A model generated the notes under the pieces. The model searched no databases. It was not told the DNA's origin and saw only the letters and a list, made by a program, of their open reading frames with translations. Of a DNA stretch of 64,000 nt, positions 49,974 through 62,950 are shown in pieces; the first letter of the stretch is position 1; each line of letters starts with the position of its first letter. Made by a program: the position numbers and the translations under genes. The stretch is from Chiloscyllium plagiosum (lineage: Eukaryota), in the NCBI RefSeq assembly GCF_004010195.1, contig NC_057711.1, positions 74,462,933-74,526,932 of the forward strand, given 5' to 3'.

Positions 49974-52026
49974 GTATTTGGTAATGAGTTTGAACACCAC
50001 AGTGACAGAAGCAGTTCCTTGGAGCATCTGAACTGATGTGCAGCTGAGTTTTAAACATAGTACCAGCGACATAAATGCCGAAATATTCTGGCAGTAGCAA
50101 TCACTCCTCCCAAGAAAGAGGCCCAATGAGATGAAGAGCAAGAAATTACATGAGAAAAGTCACTCTGAGTTATGGTGGAGGAAATATCATGAATCTCAGT
50201 TGACAAAATACTGTTAATTGCAAATGGGACTTATTTTCATATTCATTCAATGCATGTAGGGATCTTTGACCAGACCAACATTTAATGCCCATTCCAAAAC
50301 ACATTAGGGAGGTGATGGTAACCTGTTTTGTTGAACCGCTGCAGTCCTTCGGGGAAGGTATATTGCTCTTAGAAAGGAAGTTGCAGGAGTTTGACCCAGA
50401 GTAAGTGAAAGAATGGCATATAATCCCCAAGTCAGTATGATGTGTGACTTGGATGGCACTCGCAGGTGTTAGGGTTCCTAAGCATCTACTGCTCTTGTTG
50501 TTTTATGTGAGAGAAGTCACAAGTTTGAAAGGTGTATTGGAGGACCATTAATGAGTTACTGCAGTTCATAAAATACAGATGGCATACACTGCTGTCACTG
50601 CGCATTGGCGATGAATGGAGTGAATATTGACGTTGGCTGAAGGGGGATTGTTCAAATGAACTACTTTTTTTCTCGGATGATATCAAGTTTTTTTCCTCTT
50701 TTCAGCGCCCATGGGGCAGATTTTGTAGGTTAAGGGACGGCTGGAAAATGGGAAGCCTTCAGAAATGGGATAAAGAGAATCCAGAGAAAATATATTCCTG
50801 TTAGAGTGAAAAGAAAGGCTGGTAGGTATAGGGAATGCTGGATGTCGAAAGAAATTAAGGGTTTGGTAAAGAAAAAGAATGAAGCATATGTCAGGTATAG
50901 ACAGGATAAATCAAGTGAATCCTTAGAAGAGTATAAAGGCAGTGGGAGTAAACTTAAGAGGGAAATCGGGAGGGCAAAAAGGGGAGTTGAGATAGCTTTG
51001 GCAATAGAATTAAGGAGAATCCAAAGGGTTTTTACAACTACATTAAGGACAAAAGGGTAACTATGGAGAGAATAGGGCCCCTCAAAGATCAGTAAGGCTG
51101 CCTTTGTGTGGAGCTACAGAAAATGGGGGAGATACTAAACGAGTATTTTGCATCAGTATTTACTCTGGACAAAGATATGGAAAATAGAGAATGTAGGGAA
51201 ATAGATGGTGATATCTTGAAAAATGTCCATATTACAGGGGAGGAAGTACTGGATGTTGAAACGTATAAAAGTGGATAAGTCCCCAGGACCTGATTAGGTG
51301 TAGCCTAGAACTCTGTGGGAAGCTAGGGAAGTGATTGCTGGGCCTCTTGCTGAGATATTTGTATCATCGATAGTCACAGGTGAGGTGCTAGAAGACTGGA
51401 GGTTTGTTAACATGGTGCCACTGTTTAAGAAGGGTGGTAAGGACAAGCCAAGGAACTATAGACCAGTGAGCCTGACCTCAGTGGTGGGCAAGTTGTTGGA
51501 GGGAATCCTGAGGGACAGGATGTACATATATTTGGAAAGGCAAAGACTGATTAGGGATAGTCAACGTGACTTTGTGCATGGGGAATCATGTCTCACAAAC
51601 TTGATTGAATGTTTTGAAGAAGTAACAAAGAGGATTGATGAGGGCAGAGTGGTAGATGTGATCTATGTGGACTTCAGTAAGGCGTTCAACAAGGTTTCAC
51701 ATGGGAGACTGATTAGTAAGGTTAGATCTCACAGAATACAGGGCGAACTAGCCATTTGGATAGAGAACTGGCTCGAGGATAGAAGACAGTGGGTGGAGGT
51801 CATTTTTCAGATTGGAGGCCTGTGATCAGTAGAATGCTACAAGGATTTGTGCTGGGTCCTCTACGTTTTGTCATTTATAGAACAAAGAACAAAGAAAATT
51901 TACAGCCCAGGAACAGCCCTTCGGCCCTCCAAGCCTTTATGATTCGGATACAAGCATAAGAGGTATAGTTGGTAAGTTTGCAGATGACACCAAAATTGGA
52001 GATGTAGTGGACAGAGAAGATGGTTA

Positions 52027-52157
52027 GGAGAAAGTGAGGATTGCAGATGCTGGAGATCAGAGCTTAAAAATGTGTTGCTGGAAAAGTGCAGCAGGTCAGG
52101 CAGCATCAAAGGAGCAGGAGAATCAACGTTTCGGGCATAAGCCCTTCTTCCTGAAAA
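52027..52157 (-). mobile_element. Short Penelope-type family A insertion
   Basis: TSD agagaaga(t/a)ggtta (52013-52026, 52158-52171); minus strand GAAGA-a-gggc.ttat.gccc-GAAA-CGTT. Confidence 0.87.
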
Positions 52158-52235
52158 AGAGAAGAAGGTTACCTCAGATTACAACAGGATTTCGATCAAA
52201 TGGGCCAATGGGCTGAGAAGTGGCAGATGGAGTGT

Positions 52236-52518
52236 AGATTAGATTCCCTACAGTGTGGAAGCAGGTCCTTCGGCCCAACCAGTCCACACCACCCCTCTGA
52301 AGAGTAACCCACCCAGACCCACTTCCTTCTGACTAATGCACCTTTCGCTATGGGCAATTTACCATGGCCAATTCACCTGACCGGCACATCTTTGGACTGT
52401 GGGAGGAAACTGGAGCACCCAGAGGAAACCCACGCAGGGCACAGGGAGAATGTGCAAACTCCACACAGACAGTCACCCAAGGCTCGAATCAGCCCTTGGA
52501 CCCTGGTGCTGTGAGGCA
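52236..52518 (-). mobile_element. HE1-type SINE nested in CR1
   Basis: Tail and V-domain present; head slightly truncated. Confidence 0.92.
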
Positions 52519-55500
52519 CTTTTTAGTTCAGATAAATGTGAGGTGCTGCATTTTGGTAAAGCAAATCTTAGTAGGACATATAAACTTAATGGTATAAACT
52601 TCTAGGGAGTGTTGCTGAACAAAGAGACCTTGGAGTTCAGGTTCATAGCTCCTTGAAAGTGGAGTCGCAGGTAGATAGGATAGTGAAGAAGGTGTTTGGT
52701 ATGCTTTTCTTTATTGGTCAGAGTATTGAGTGTAGGAGTTGGGAGGTCATGTTGCAGCTGTACAGGACATTGGTTAGGCCACTGTTGGAATATTGCATGC
52801 AATTCTGGTCTCCTTCTTATCGGAAAGATGTTGTGAAACTTAAAATTTTTCAGGAAAGATTTACAACGATGTTGCCAGAGTTGGAGGATTTGAGCTATTC
52901 AGCGAGAGGCTGAACAGGCTGGGGCTGTTTTCCCTGGAGCATCGGAGGCTGAGGGATGACCTTATAGAAGTTTACAAAATGATGAAGGGCTTCGATAGGG
53001 TAAATAGGCTAAGTCTTTCCGTGGGTTTCAGAACCAGAGGGCATGGGTTTAAGGTGAGAGGGGAAAGATATAAAAGAGACCTAAGGGGCAACCTTTGCAC
53101 ACAGAAGGTGGTACAGGGATGGAACGAGCTGCCAGAGGAAGTGGTGGAGGCTGTTACAATTGAAACATTTAAAAGACATCTGGATGGGTATATGAATAGG
53201 AAGGGTTTGGAGGGATATGGGCCGGGTGCTGGCAGGTGGGACTAGATTCGGTTGGGAAATCTGGTCAGCATGGATGGGTTGGACCGAAGGGTCTGTTTAC
53301 ATGCTGTACATCTCTATGTATCTATGACATTCTTCACTTGTGTTTTGCAGATAGTGGTTAGGTTTTGCAGAGTCAGGAGCTGAGTTACTTGCAGTAGAAT
53401 TCCTAGCTTCTGAGCTACTCTTTCCAGTACTCTGTTTATATGGTCAATCTATTTCATTTTCTCATCAATGGTAACTGCCAGGACGTTGATAATTGGGCAT
53501 TCAGTGACAGTAATACCATTATATGTTGAGGGTCATTGATGGTTAAATTCTCTCTTGTCGAAGATGACAATTGCCTGGCAATCGTGTGGCGCAAATGTAG
53601 CTTGTCACTTATCAGTCCCGTTCTGCCCGATGTACTTGTCTTGGGTGGAAGCAAGAAATATCCTCCCAAATAACTGAGGTGAATTAGAATTCCTGCTTAG
53701 AGCCCTTCCTTCCCTCCTCCTCCTTCTTTGTATTATTTGTCTTCTTATTGACATGGAGCCAAATTTTGTACACAACTTGACTTGTTACTTGCAAAATTTG
53801 GTCCAGCTTCCAAAATCACCTCCAAGATGCTTGATAGATTCTATCCACAGTGTTGATGAAAACACCTTGTTTACCATAATTGGTTTTTTATTTGCAATTG
53901 ATACAGTTAATAGGACTTAGTTGCATGAATGACTAGTCTAAAATTATTTCCAATTTAAGCATGTATCTTTATATCAGGCACTTACTACAATAATGGGAGT
54001 TTTTAAAGATGTGACCTCATTTAAAAAGCAATAGCAATTGCAAAAGCAATTCTGCCATTTCCAATCTTGATCTCTGTACATGTATGAAATAGAGTAGTCC
54101 TTTTATCTCTTCAGTTCCCTCAGTAGAATTATGTTCAAAAGTTGACTTTTGAACCCCAACCAATTTTTCACTCTGATTTTTCTCTCATGGGCCACAGACT
54201 GACCATGATAGGAACTGAAGAGTATTATTAGCTGTCAGATTAGAATCTGTAAATATTCATTTTGTTTCATAACAGTACTATATCTATATTTTAACTGATT
54301 CTGACAAAAATAATGAAGCCAAATTACTACAGCAGTAGATTAGGTAAGAACAACAAAAATCTATTCCAATACGTAGACTTCAATCTTCAGAGTGGGTTGC
54401 TTCAGAGCACAATTTTAAAATTACTTTGAATCAGTCGGTAGACTTATGGCAACATAAACTCATGATTCACAAAGTTTAAACTCAAGCTAAGCCATCATTT
54501 TTCTTCTCCTTAGTGAAAGCAAGTGAACACAAATTGAAGTAGGTTTGGATGTTAAACTACTCTAAATTTTGGAACACTCCATCTCTCTGGATTGGTTTTG
54601 CTTTTTTGACGCAGTGTAGTTTCTATGGTACTGGAATTGTTTATGTTATTACAGTAATAAATCTACTCAGACAGAAAGGAACAATTTTAACTCTTCTGTG
54701 ATGGACTGGAGAAGTTTAGGAGTTGGTTAAATTGTGAAAGTGCCAGACTGTACTCATACCTCATAAACGCTTCCAGTTAAATTATGAGTGTGGGGTAGCT
54801 GAGTAATTTGATCTGGATTGGCTGGACAGTGAACATGGCTTCATTCTACAGGTGTTATGAAGCCTTTAAATATAATGCTTGTGTGCCAGCTTTGCAAGCT
54901 GTCCTGACACCCAGCAGTGAAGGCAGATGGAAGCTATCAGATCAGCATTTAAGTGTCTTTCCTGCACTGCTTTGTATCTTTGCAAGTCTCCCGACTCATG
55001 ATGCCGACAACAAAATAGGGTCATTACTATTCAAGAACAAGTGCTAAAGCCTGTCTTACTCCATTGAAATCAGAAGGTGAATTAGATTGAACATAATGCA
55101 TAAATAAAAATAAATCTTATGTATTCTGCTTAATTCCTGGTTCTCAGATATTGGAAATAACCACACTTTAGTCTTGGTAAGCCTACAGCTTTTTGCGTTT
55201 ACTGCTGATTTCCCATGTTGCTTAACAAGGAGATTGCCAGTTTCACATTACACAATAGCTGACTCTCCAGAGCAGCCATGAATGTTATCCACTGGGAACC
55301 TTACATTCATAACTGGTTCTTGGTTAATTAGTTTATAGTTCACTATAGACAAAACAATGATGTACAACTTAATCCATCCCTTCTACGGGTCATATATAAA
55401 TTGCCAGAAGTTTATTCAACTTATTAGCCTCCAAATATAATATTTCAAGAATTATGTCTCGACTTAATGTTGGTCATCTGAGTGTTTACAATGTAGTGAC

Positions 55501-55609
55501 AATTTAATGTTGATAATCTATGTGCTTTCTCTGACATTTTCAAGGCCGTCAAAAATGTTTTGCAACACTGTACATTTAATTATTGTAACCTTTGGTCTCA
55601 ATCTTAGCT

Positions 55610-56050
55610 AGAGACTTATTCAACAATTTTTGAAGAGTTGACAGCCAATCCATCACCTTAAATATTCACTCCCTCCACAACTGTCCTACTGTGGTTGTGT
55701 TGTTTACCATCTCTATGAAGTATTGTAGCAACTTTCCAAGCATGTGTCAATAGCACCTTCCAAATCGGTGAACTCTGTCACCTAGAAGAGCAAGGACCGA
55801 AGAAACCTGGAGATTGTCACGGCCTACAATTTCTTCTCTAAGCTACGGATTAACTTAATGTGGAACTATGTCAATATTCCTATGCCATCACTGGATCAAA
55901 GTCCTGCAATTGTTTCCCCACTATACTGTGAATTTATCTGCACCAGACAGATGACAGTGTTTCAAGCAAATGGCTCACCATCACTGTGTCAATGGAAGTT
56001 CAGAATGGGCAACAAAAGCTGGTGATGAGTGTATCCAGTTAAAGAATATA
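55610..56050 (+). mobile_element. LINE family 2, 3' end (old)
   Basis: accttaaatattcactccctccacaactg..agcaccttccaaatc..tggctcaccatcac..gaatgggcaacaaaagctgg. Confidence 0.72.
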
Positions 56051-58149
56051 AATAACATCTGTCATAAGGCCAAGCCAATTCTAAAACCACTGTAAAATTG
56101 GAGCCTCTGCTAAGGTGTAGTCAGCAACTTTCAAGCACAGAGTATATAGCGGTGATGAACAAAATTACATTAGTATTTGGGCTTTCTATCGTTTAGAGCC
56201 TAATCACAGAGAGCAGGCTGGTGTGGCCCTGATTCTTCGCTGCTCTGTAAGCTTCTAAAATCTTCTTGATTGGTCACATAAATTTTGGTTTTGCATTCCC
56301 CTGTGTTTTGTCATTTTATGCACAGGAGTTTGTGGGTCGTCAAACAATGCAGTTTTGCTGATTTATCAATGCAACCCAGGGAATGCACACAAACTGCTCA
56401 TATTAATTCTTCACTACCATTTCATTGAAAGGCAGTTTTCAGAGCTTCTCTAGAAATTGTGATCATTTAACAAACCTTGTCCTAAGAATCCCACAGTATG
56501 GCTCTGTCACAAAGTATGAAACCAATTATCCTAAAGTTTATCAATTGTCTGTATCTATCACAAAATTTGGAATGGTATATATTTAACTTTATTGCAGGAA
56601 TGTGAATGGCAAGAAGAAGAGGAAATCCAGGAGATGAAAATAAATGAAATGAATCAGTGAGAGGGAAAAAGCAGAGTGGAGGATCATGAAAGCAATAAAA
56701 CTCAGACATATTAAAAGAAAGCAGGCAACAAAAATGAAAAACAGAAAAAAGTCATATTTTGAAGATTGGTGACGAAAGGCAAAATGAACTGCACACATAT
56801 ATTTAAAATTAGGTTTTTCTGAAAAAACCAGGGTCATACATCACTTATTGTGAACAAGTGTTAGAAATAACACATTTGTGATATAATTTCTGGATGCAAT
56901 ATACTGTGAATAGTATAAAATGTGGCTATTTGGATATTACTGATGTTTAATGCTTTAGACATTAATGTCCTTACTCTAGAATTTTGAAATGGTTACAACT
57001 GAAGTTGTTCAACTGTAGCATGGAAACCAGTCCTCACACTATATAATGAATTATATACATTTTAAGGTAATAATAATTTACCAAGATTCATCACTTTATC
57101 CTGTTTATTAATTAGATCATAAGTGTTGTGATCCTAATAGGGACTGTTAACATTTCAAGACAAAGATCTGAATACCCATCAATTAAATAGCAAAACTGTG
57201 GCACAAGATTTTATTTTTTAATTAAAATAAACTGCATTGCTAATTAAAAATATTAAACAAAGTAAGCACTATTAATATTATAGTTTACAGCTATGTAAAT
57301 CAATCTTACATTTTATTTGCTCCGAAGTACATCCTTCCTCTTACATTAATTACAAAGTTGCAGTCACTTCTCCAGAGACCTTCCAAAATGACTTCTGGAA
57401 GTCACTTTAATTCTCTCCAGTGTCTCAGAAATCCTCAGAAGTAAGATTACATGGTGGTTTTTCATTTAACTTTTCACCTATACTAAATTCCACCTTTTTT
57501 TGTTGAAGACTTCATGACTCTAGTTGCCTTTCTACTTTCTCTCCTTTCTCTCATAAAATGTAAACTGAAATCAAGCCCCATCTGCACTCTACATAACGAA
57601 CAATCTGTTAGTAATTTCTTTGCTGAAAAGGCAGGTCTAGCTGACTGTCATCTCTTCTTGCTTCTCTCAATCTAGCTTACATCAAGTTATAATTGCCTAC
57701 GTGTTTGAACTGCTTGCTTTTATCAGCAAAAAAAAAACACAAAGGAACCTCACAGCCCATCTCTATGACAATGGAGAATGTCATCAGCAAGAAATCTAAA
57801 AGAACTATTTTACCTTTAACACATCTCTTTGATTCGAAAGTCAATCTGAATAATTTATATTCCTAATGGAGTTCTATATGACCCTTTCTTCAGCTTCCCT
57901 AGTGCTAATGCAAGCTTACCAATGCACTTATGATAAAGTTTTATTTTCCATTACAAATTCAGACCTTGTAAAATAAGCATGTTATGTTTCAGCTGTAATT
58001 AACTCTAAATTGAACTGAATTAAATTTACTTAGGGCAATATATCATTTTCTCAATCAGATTGACCCATTTTTGTGCAGGTAAAACTTTAATTGCTAAAAC
58101 TAAAAGTAGTATATTGTAAAACATATGAATTATGACCTTGATATTTGCA

Positions 58150-58790
58150 ACATGAAGGTTCACCTGATTGGTTCCCAGAATAGCTGGGCATTTTCTATAA
58201 AGAGAGATTTGCAAACTGGGCTTGTATTCTCGAGAGTTTTGAAGAATGAGAGGTGATCTCATTGAAAGCTACAAAGCACTTAAAGGAATAAAGAAGTTAG
58301 TTGCAGGTAAGATGGTTCCCATGTTTGGAAAGTCTACAACAGGCAGGTACAATTTAAAAATTAACTGTGCTTGCTAACAGCCAGGAGCATGAGTAATAGC
58401 AGCCCAAAAGTCCAAAGAGGTATAAATAAAGAGTGATAATAACCGAACAAATGACGAAAGAAAACGGTGCACACGTGCATTCAGCATTCATCATAGGATT
58501 TTTGATGTCAGCAGACATGTTGTTAGAAATAAGGGGTTACTATTTAGGGCCAAGGTGAGGCAAATCTCTTCATACAGAGAGTGTTGAATCTTAAAATTCT
58601 CTTCCTTAGAGAGCTGCGGAAGCTCAGTCTTTGAGAATATTTAAAGTTGAGGTTGATTTTTTTAAAAAATTTCTGTAGTGTAAAGGCCTATGGGATAAAG
58701 CAGGCAATAGGTATTGAAGTGTTTGGTCAGACTTAAATAACAACATAGGCTGGATGGACTGAATGACTGACTCTTCTTCCTATGTTCCTA
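58150..58790 (+). mobile_element. Old CR1 3' end with an unassigned ~160-bp interruption
   Basis: LGLYSREF*RMRGDLIESYK remnant; 3' UTR ending cttcctatgttccta. Confidence 0.78.
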
Positions 58791-59164
58791 ACACAAGAAA
58801 GTCAGTACATTACAATTCACCTCCTATGATCATTTTGGATAGGGATAAAGAGGTTAGATTGAGTAGAGAGTGGGAAAAATGTAATCTGAAATAGTGAGAG
58901 ATAAAATGTTCTTGTGTCTATATTGTCAGAGAGTTACAGAGTTTTACAGTATGGAAAGAGGTCCTTTGGTGCATAGCCTTGTATGCTATGGTGTTTCAAT
59001 TGTTCATCTAAATGATAAATGTCGTAGAGTCCCCAACTCCACAATCTGTTCAGTCAGTAACTCACAAGCCTCTTTTCTTTTCATGATCCCAGGATGGTCC
59101 CATGCTTTACAGGCAATCAAGAACCTTCACTGAAATATGGTCAGTGTTGTAATGTAGGACATGC

Positions 59165-59350
59165 ATATATCCATCTGAGAGAGTTGATGGGGCCTCACTC
59201 CAACATCTTATCTGAAAGATACCATGTCCAAGAGCAAAGCATCCTCTCAGTAGCTCATTGGAGTATCAAACTTAATGTTTGCTTTCAGGGTTTTCGGAGT
59301 ATGAAATGACCCCTGTCTCAGAGGCTGAAGTTCAAAAAGTTGAGCCACTG
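59165..59350 (-). mobile_element. DeuSINE-like 5' half
   Basis: Reverse reads cagtggctcaac..gcctctgagacag..gatactccaatgagctactgagaggatgc..tctttcagataagatgttgg..aggccccatc. Confidence 0.6.
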
Positions 59351-60137
59351 TCGATACTGTAACATGAATGCATCAAACTGAATAATTAATATTTCTCTTC
59401 AGACATGTATCTAGAAGTTCACATATAATAATCTTTTTATGAGGTAGTAATTGTGACATTTTGTTTATTTCAATAGCTTTTCTGGAAAGAAATAACCCGG
59501 AAATTATAACATAATATCTTGTGCAAAATTAAGTTGATTCTGACTAAAAATCTGTCACACCATAATTGAAAACTCACTTCTTTCTGATTAGTTCTTATTT
59601 GTAATTCCTAGTCCGAAGGCACAGTTTAGTATAGATTAAGCATGTCAGCCTTTCTATTTTGCTGTAACCCTGGAGTACAAGTCAAAGTTTACAAATCTAT
59701 GCTTGCTCACACAATAATCTAGATACTCAAAATGATTCTGGTATTACATATGAATTACAATAAATTAATAATTTACAGTTATTGAGAGCTGTACCTGTTA
59801 ATTATATTATAGGGTGAACATAGAATTTCTTCAGTATTTGTTGATTATTTCTCAATAATCTTGATATGACATTGGTTATAGCTACTAAACCTCCAATAGT
59901 TAAATTTGCAAATTCCTTTAGCCCTCTCTCGCTGCACATGCATATACACATGTAAAATATAACTGACAACTTTTGAAATAATTACACAAACAACAGACAC
60001 CAGAGAAGTCCAGGAACACTTTAACATAATTTAAATGTGCAACTGACATGATGAACAAGTTACATTTTAATTTGAGTTTATAATGTCCTCTAAACCTCAA
60101 TGTTCAATCACTGTCTACCATAAGTCTCTGGAATTAC

Positions 60138-60350
60138 AATCATAGAGTCATAGAGATGTACAGCATGGAAACAGACCCTTCGGTCCAACCCGTCCATGCC
60201 GACCAGATATTCCAACCCAATCTAGTCCCAACTGCCAACACCCGGCCCATATCTCTCCAAACCCTTCCTATTCATAGACCTATCCAAATGCCTCTTAAAT
60301 GTTGCAATTGTATCATCCTCCATCATGTCCTCTGGCAGCTCATTCCATAC
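60138..60350 (-). mobile_element. CR1/HER1 extreme 3' end
   Basis: Reverse complement of the 3' UTR seen at 14067-14266; ORF 60222..60440 VWNELPE..FKRHLD. Confidence 0.93.
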
Positions 60351-61007
60351 ACTAAAAATTGACAGAAGAGGAAATGACAATACTGTTATCAATGAGCTTT
60401 GGTTTTTAGTAAATTCAGTACTCAAGGACTGCATCTTCATTGCATTGAGTCATAGTCCTTCCAAATCAGCATGAAATGGAACATTTCACTTAGTCAGGCT
60501 ATGAGAATGGGAAATGAAGCAAGAGTTAGACAGTTTAGGAATAGGATAGCCAGTTGACAGTAGCTCTGAGCAAAACGTTAACAAAGCATACTATAAACAG
60601 GCAGAGGAAAGAGAAGACAGTAGAGCAGATAGCTTGCATGCTGCTCCTAAAAGAAAGGTAAGCAGCTGAGCAGAATCATTTATGGGAGAGTCAATGATAA
60701 ACAGATTGAGCCCCAGCAAATGGTTTGAGGATTGCTTTCAAAAGATAGAGAATAAAGTATGTGTGTGGGTGAGTAGATGGAAAATACCTACAGGTATAGA
60801 ATCTAATCAATATAACAAACTTAAATTATGAGAAACATATCTTTACTTATCCTGATCTTACATGAATTCCCAAGATCAGTTTTCTTGTGATGCAGGAATT
60901 GAGCACAGTCAATCCTGCAGATCAAGTGGAATTAGTCCTGGGATTCCAGGTTATTAGTGGGAGCTGTAGAGATGTTAATTTAGATTCTAGGCCATTCTCA
61001 GTTAAGG

Positions 61008-61120
61008 CTTATGCCCAAAACGTTGATTCTCCTGCTCCTCGGATGCTGCCTGACCTGCTGTATTTTTCTAGCACCACACTCTCGACTCTGGTCTCCAGCA
61101 TCTGCGGTCCTCACGTTCTC
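61008..61120 (+). mobile_element. Short Penelope-type family A insertion
   Basis: 16-bp TSD ccattctcagttaagg (60992-61007, 61121-61136); starts within ribozyme stem II (ggc.ttat.gccc-aAAACGTT). Confidence 0.87.
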
Positions 61121-62169
61121 CCATTCTCAGTTAAGGACTATCCTATGAAATCAGTCCTGGGATTCAGTCACATTAATTCCTCCAGCTTTGGACATTACCA
61201 ATCAAGGGATTTACCAAGTAAATATGCATGGGATCCTGGGGAAAATGGGAAGCTCAAAACTGGGCTTAATATTTCATTGTCACTGTGTTATTGAGGAAAT
61301 GATTATCGAGAAAGGGGCATGTAAAAGTTAGGTTCTCATAGAACATAGGAGGAGATGGGGAGCTGCAGGGATAGAACATTTCTCACGGCAATCACTCTAG
61401 CCTTAACACGGGGAATTTATGATTAAAAGGAACAAGGCAATTCATAAATCCAGTAACTCAAGGGGTAAATTGGGGACATTAATAGTAATGTAAATGGGAT
61501 GAACTAAAATCAAGGAAAGTTAAAGTATCATTGGGGTCACGGGGACAATAACACAAAAGAGAACGAGAAGCATGGAAGGATCATTGTACTAATGGTCTCA
61601 TTATATTGTCAGATAAATAAATCAATGCAGATGCAAATTGAAACATCTCACCTGGGTTTACCATTTTTGAATCATAATTCATACCTGCTATTGGAAGTAA
61701 ATGTTTTAGAGTGGCCATATATGCATACTGAACTATAAGCAAGCAAGGACATGGTCTGTAATTTTAAAGGATGACTTTGCTTGGATGAGGGATTTTGATA
61801 GATTAATGCCAGAATTTCACTACCCAAATGCACCATTAGTGCTATGGATCTGCAAAATGCATCTTACATATCTCAGAGCTCTTTATGGATGCATGAAATC
61901 AGTCCTGTTGTGAATCCTTTAAATTTGCACACTTAATTATGATTAATGTGAAGGATCAGGAGTAACATTACTGAAATGCCATTCTGTTTCCAACAATCCT
62001 CACAGATTATTGGTTCACGCATCTGACACGGACTTTGCAAATTCTTTGTGGACTTGGTAAACTGTCAAGGACAGGATCAAAGGAGAGAGCTATTACAATA
62101 TTGTCAGTGAGCTCAGTAAGAACAATAACTTCCAATGGCTGGAGACCAGTGGGAGAAGCAGCAGGTGAA

Positions 62170-62950
62170 CAGCCCACAAATAGGTGGAGGAGAATGTTTC
62201 AAATGCACATTTCCAGGCTCACTGTCAATTTCTACAGCTCTCTGAAATTCAGTGGAGATGCCAAGGATGTTGAATCATCACCAAACTGTGCCATCTGCTG
62301 AAGCAGGACTCGTGCTTGGAAGGACTGGGTGGTCATCCCATCCTAGTGGCAGTCTGTCTGACAATTGCATTGAATTTTTATACCAGTCAACTGTTTCAAT
62401 GACCAATGTGGATCTACCTCACAGTCCTTCACCCACAAATGCATCTGGAATATTACTGATGGGATTTTCTCCAGTTTGTCTCATTCACCCATGATGAGCA
62501 GAATCAAGCAGCTTGAGCAGTGGGATTCTTTACCATTGTTGGCTTCCTCCACAAGCAGAGCAGGATCAATTGTCATCACCAACTTGAAGGGCTCTTTAAT
62601 AGATAAGGCATCTACTCTATCAATGTTCAACTTACCTCTGACATTGATGCTGGATTTTCAAGTTCTGTGTCAGATATCCTTAGATCTGCCATAATGTGTA
62701 GACACTAGTGAACTCACAGTTCCTGCTTCATTCCAAGGTTCTCAGGTCATTTAGTGGTTTGCTGTTGAGAGACAAGGGCTACTTCCTCCAAATGTAGCTG
62801 GTGATATATTTACAAAATACTGAGACTGATGCAGAGGAGAGATGCTCCATTTTCCATGCTGCCACCAGAGCTGTCGTGGAATAGACCAGGTACCTTCTTA
62901 AAATGGGCTGCTCCAGCAACATATTACAGTTAGTCCAGGAGTATAACTGA
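62170..62950 (+). pseudogene. Fossil PIF/Harbinger transposase
   Basis: IITKLCHLLKQD / GLGGHPILVAVCLTIALNFYTS / AVGFFTIVGFLHKQSRINCH / FNR*GIYSINVQLTSD / CVRYP*ICHN / LLLRDKGYFLQM*L..TETDAEERCSIFHAATRAVVE*TRYLLKM. Confidence 0.88.

Larger units (their letters stand above)
50710..53328 (+). mobile_element. 5'-truncated CR1/HER1 LINE with RT, carrying three nested insertions
   Basis: ORF 51331..51825 [27 protein letters not shown] at ~51974-51994; ORFs 52653.. and 52979..; 3' tail; inserts at ~51880-51937, 52027-52157, 52236-52518. Confidence 0.95.
50255..53640 (-). mobile_element. LINE family 2 copy (50255-50690 and 53330-53640) split by the CR1 insertion
   Basis: Both flanks collinear with 10690-11260 and with the reverse of 22260-22500. 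Confidence 0.72.

Noticed and set aside
13624..52518. tRNA genes suggested by A/B boxes
   Set aside because: All are SINE heads running straight into V-domain and LINE-derived tails; no complete cloverleaf seen
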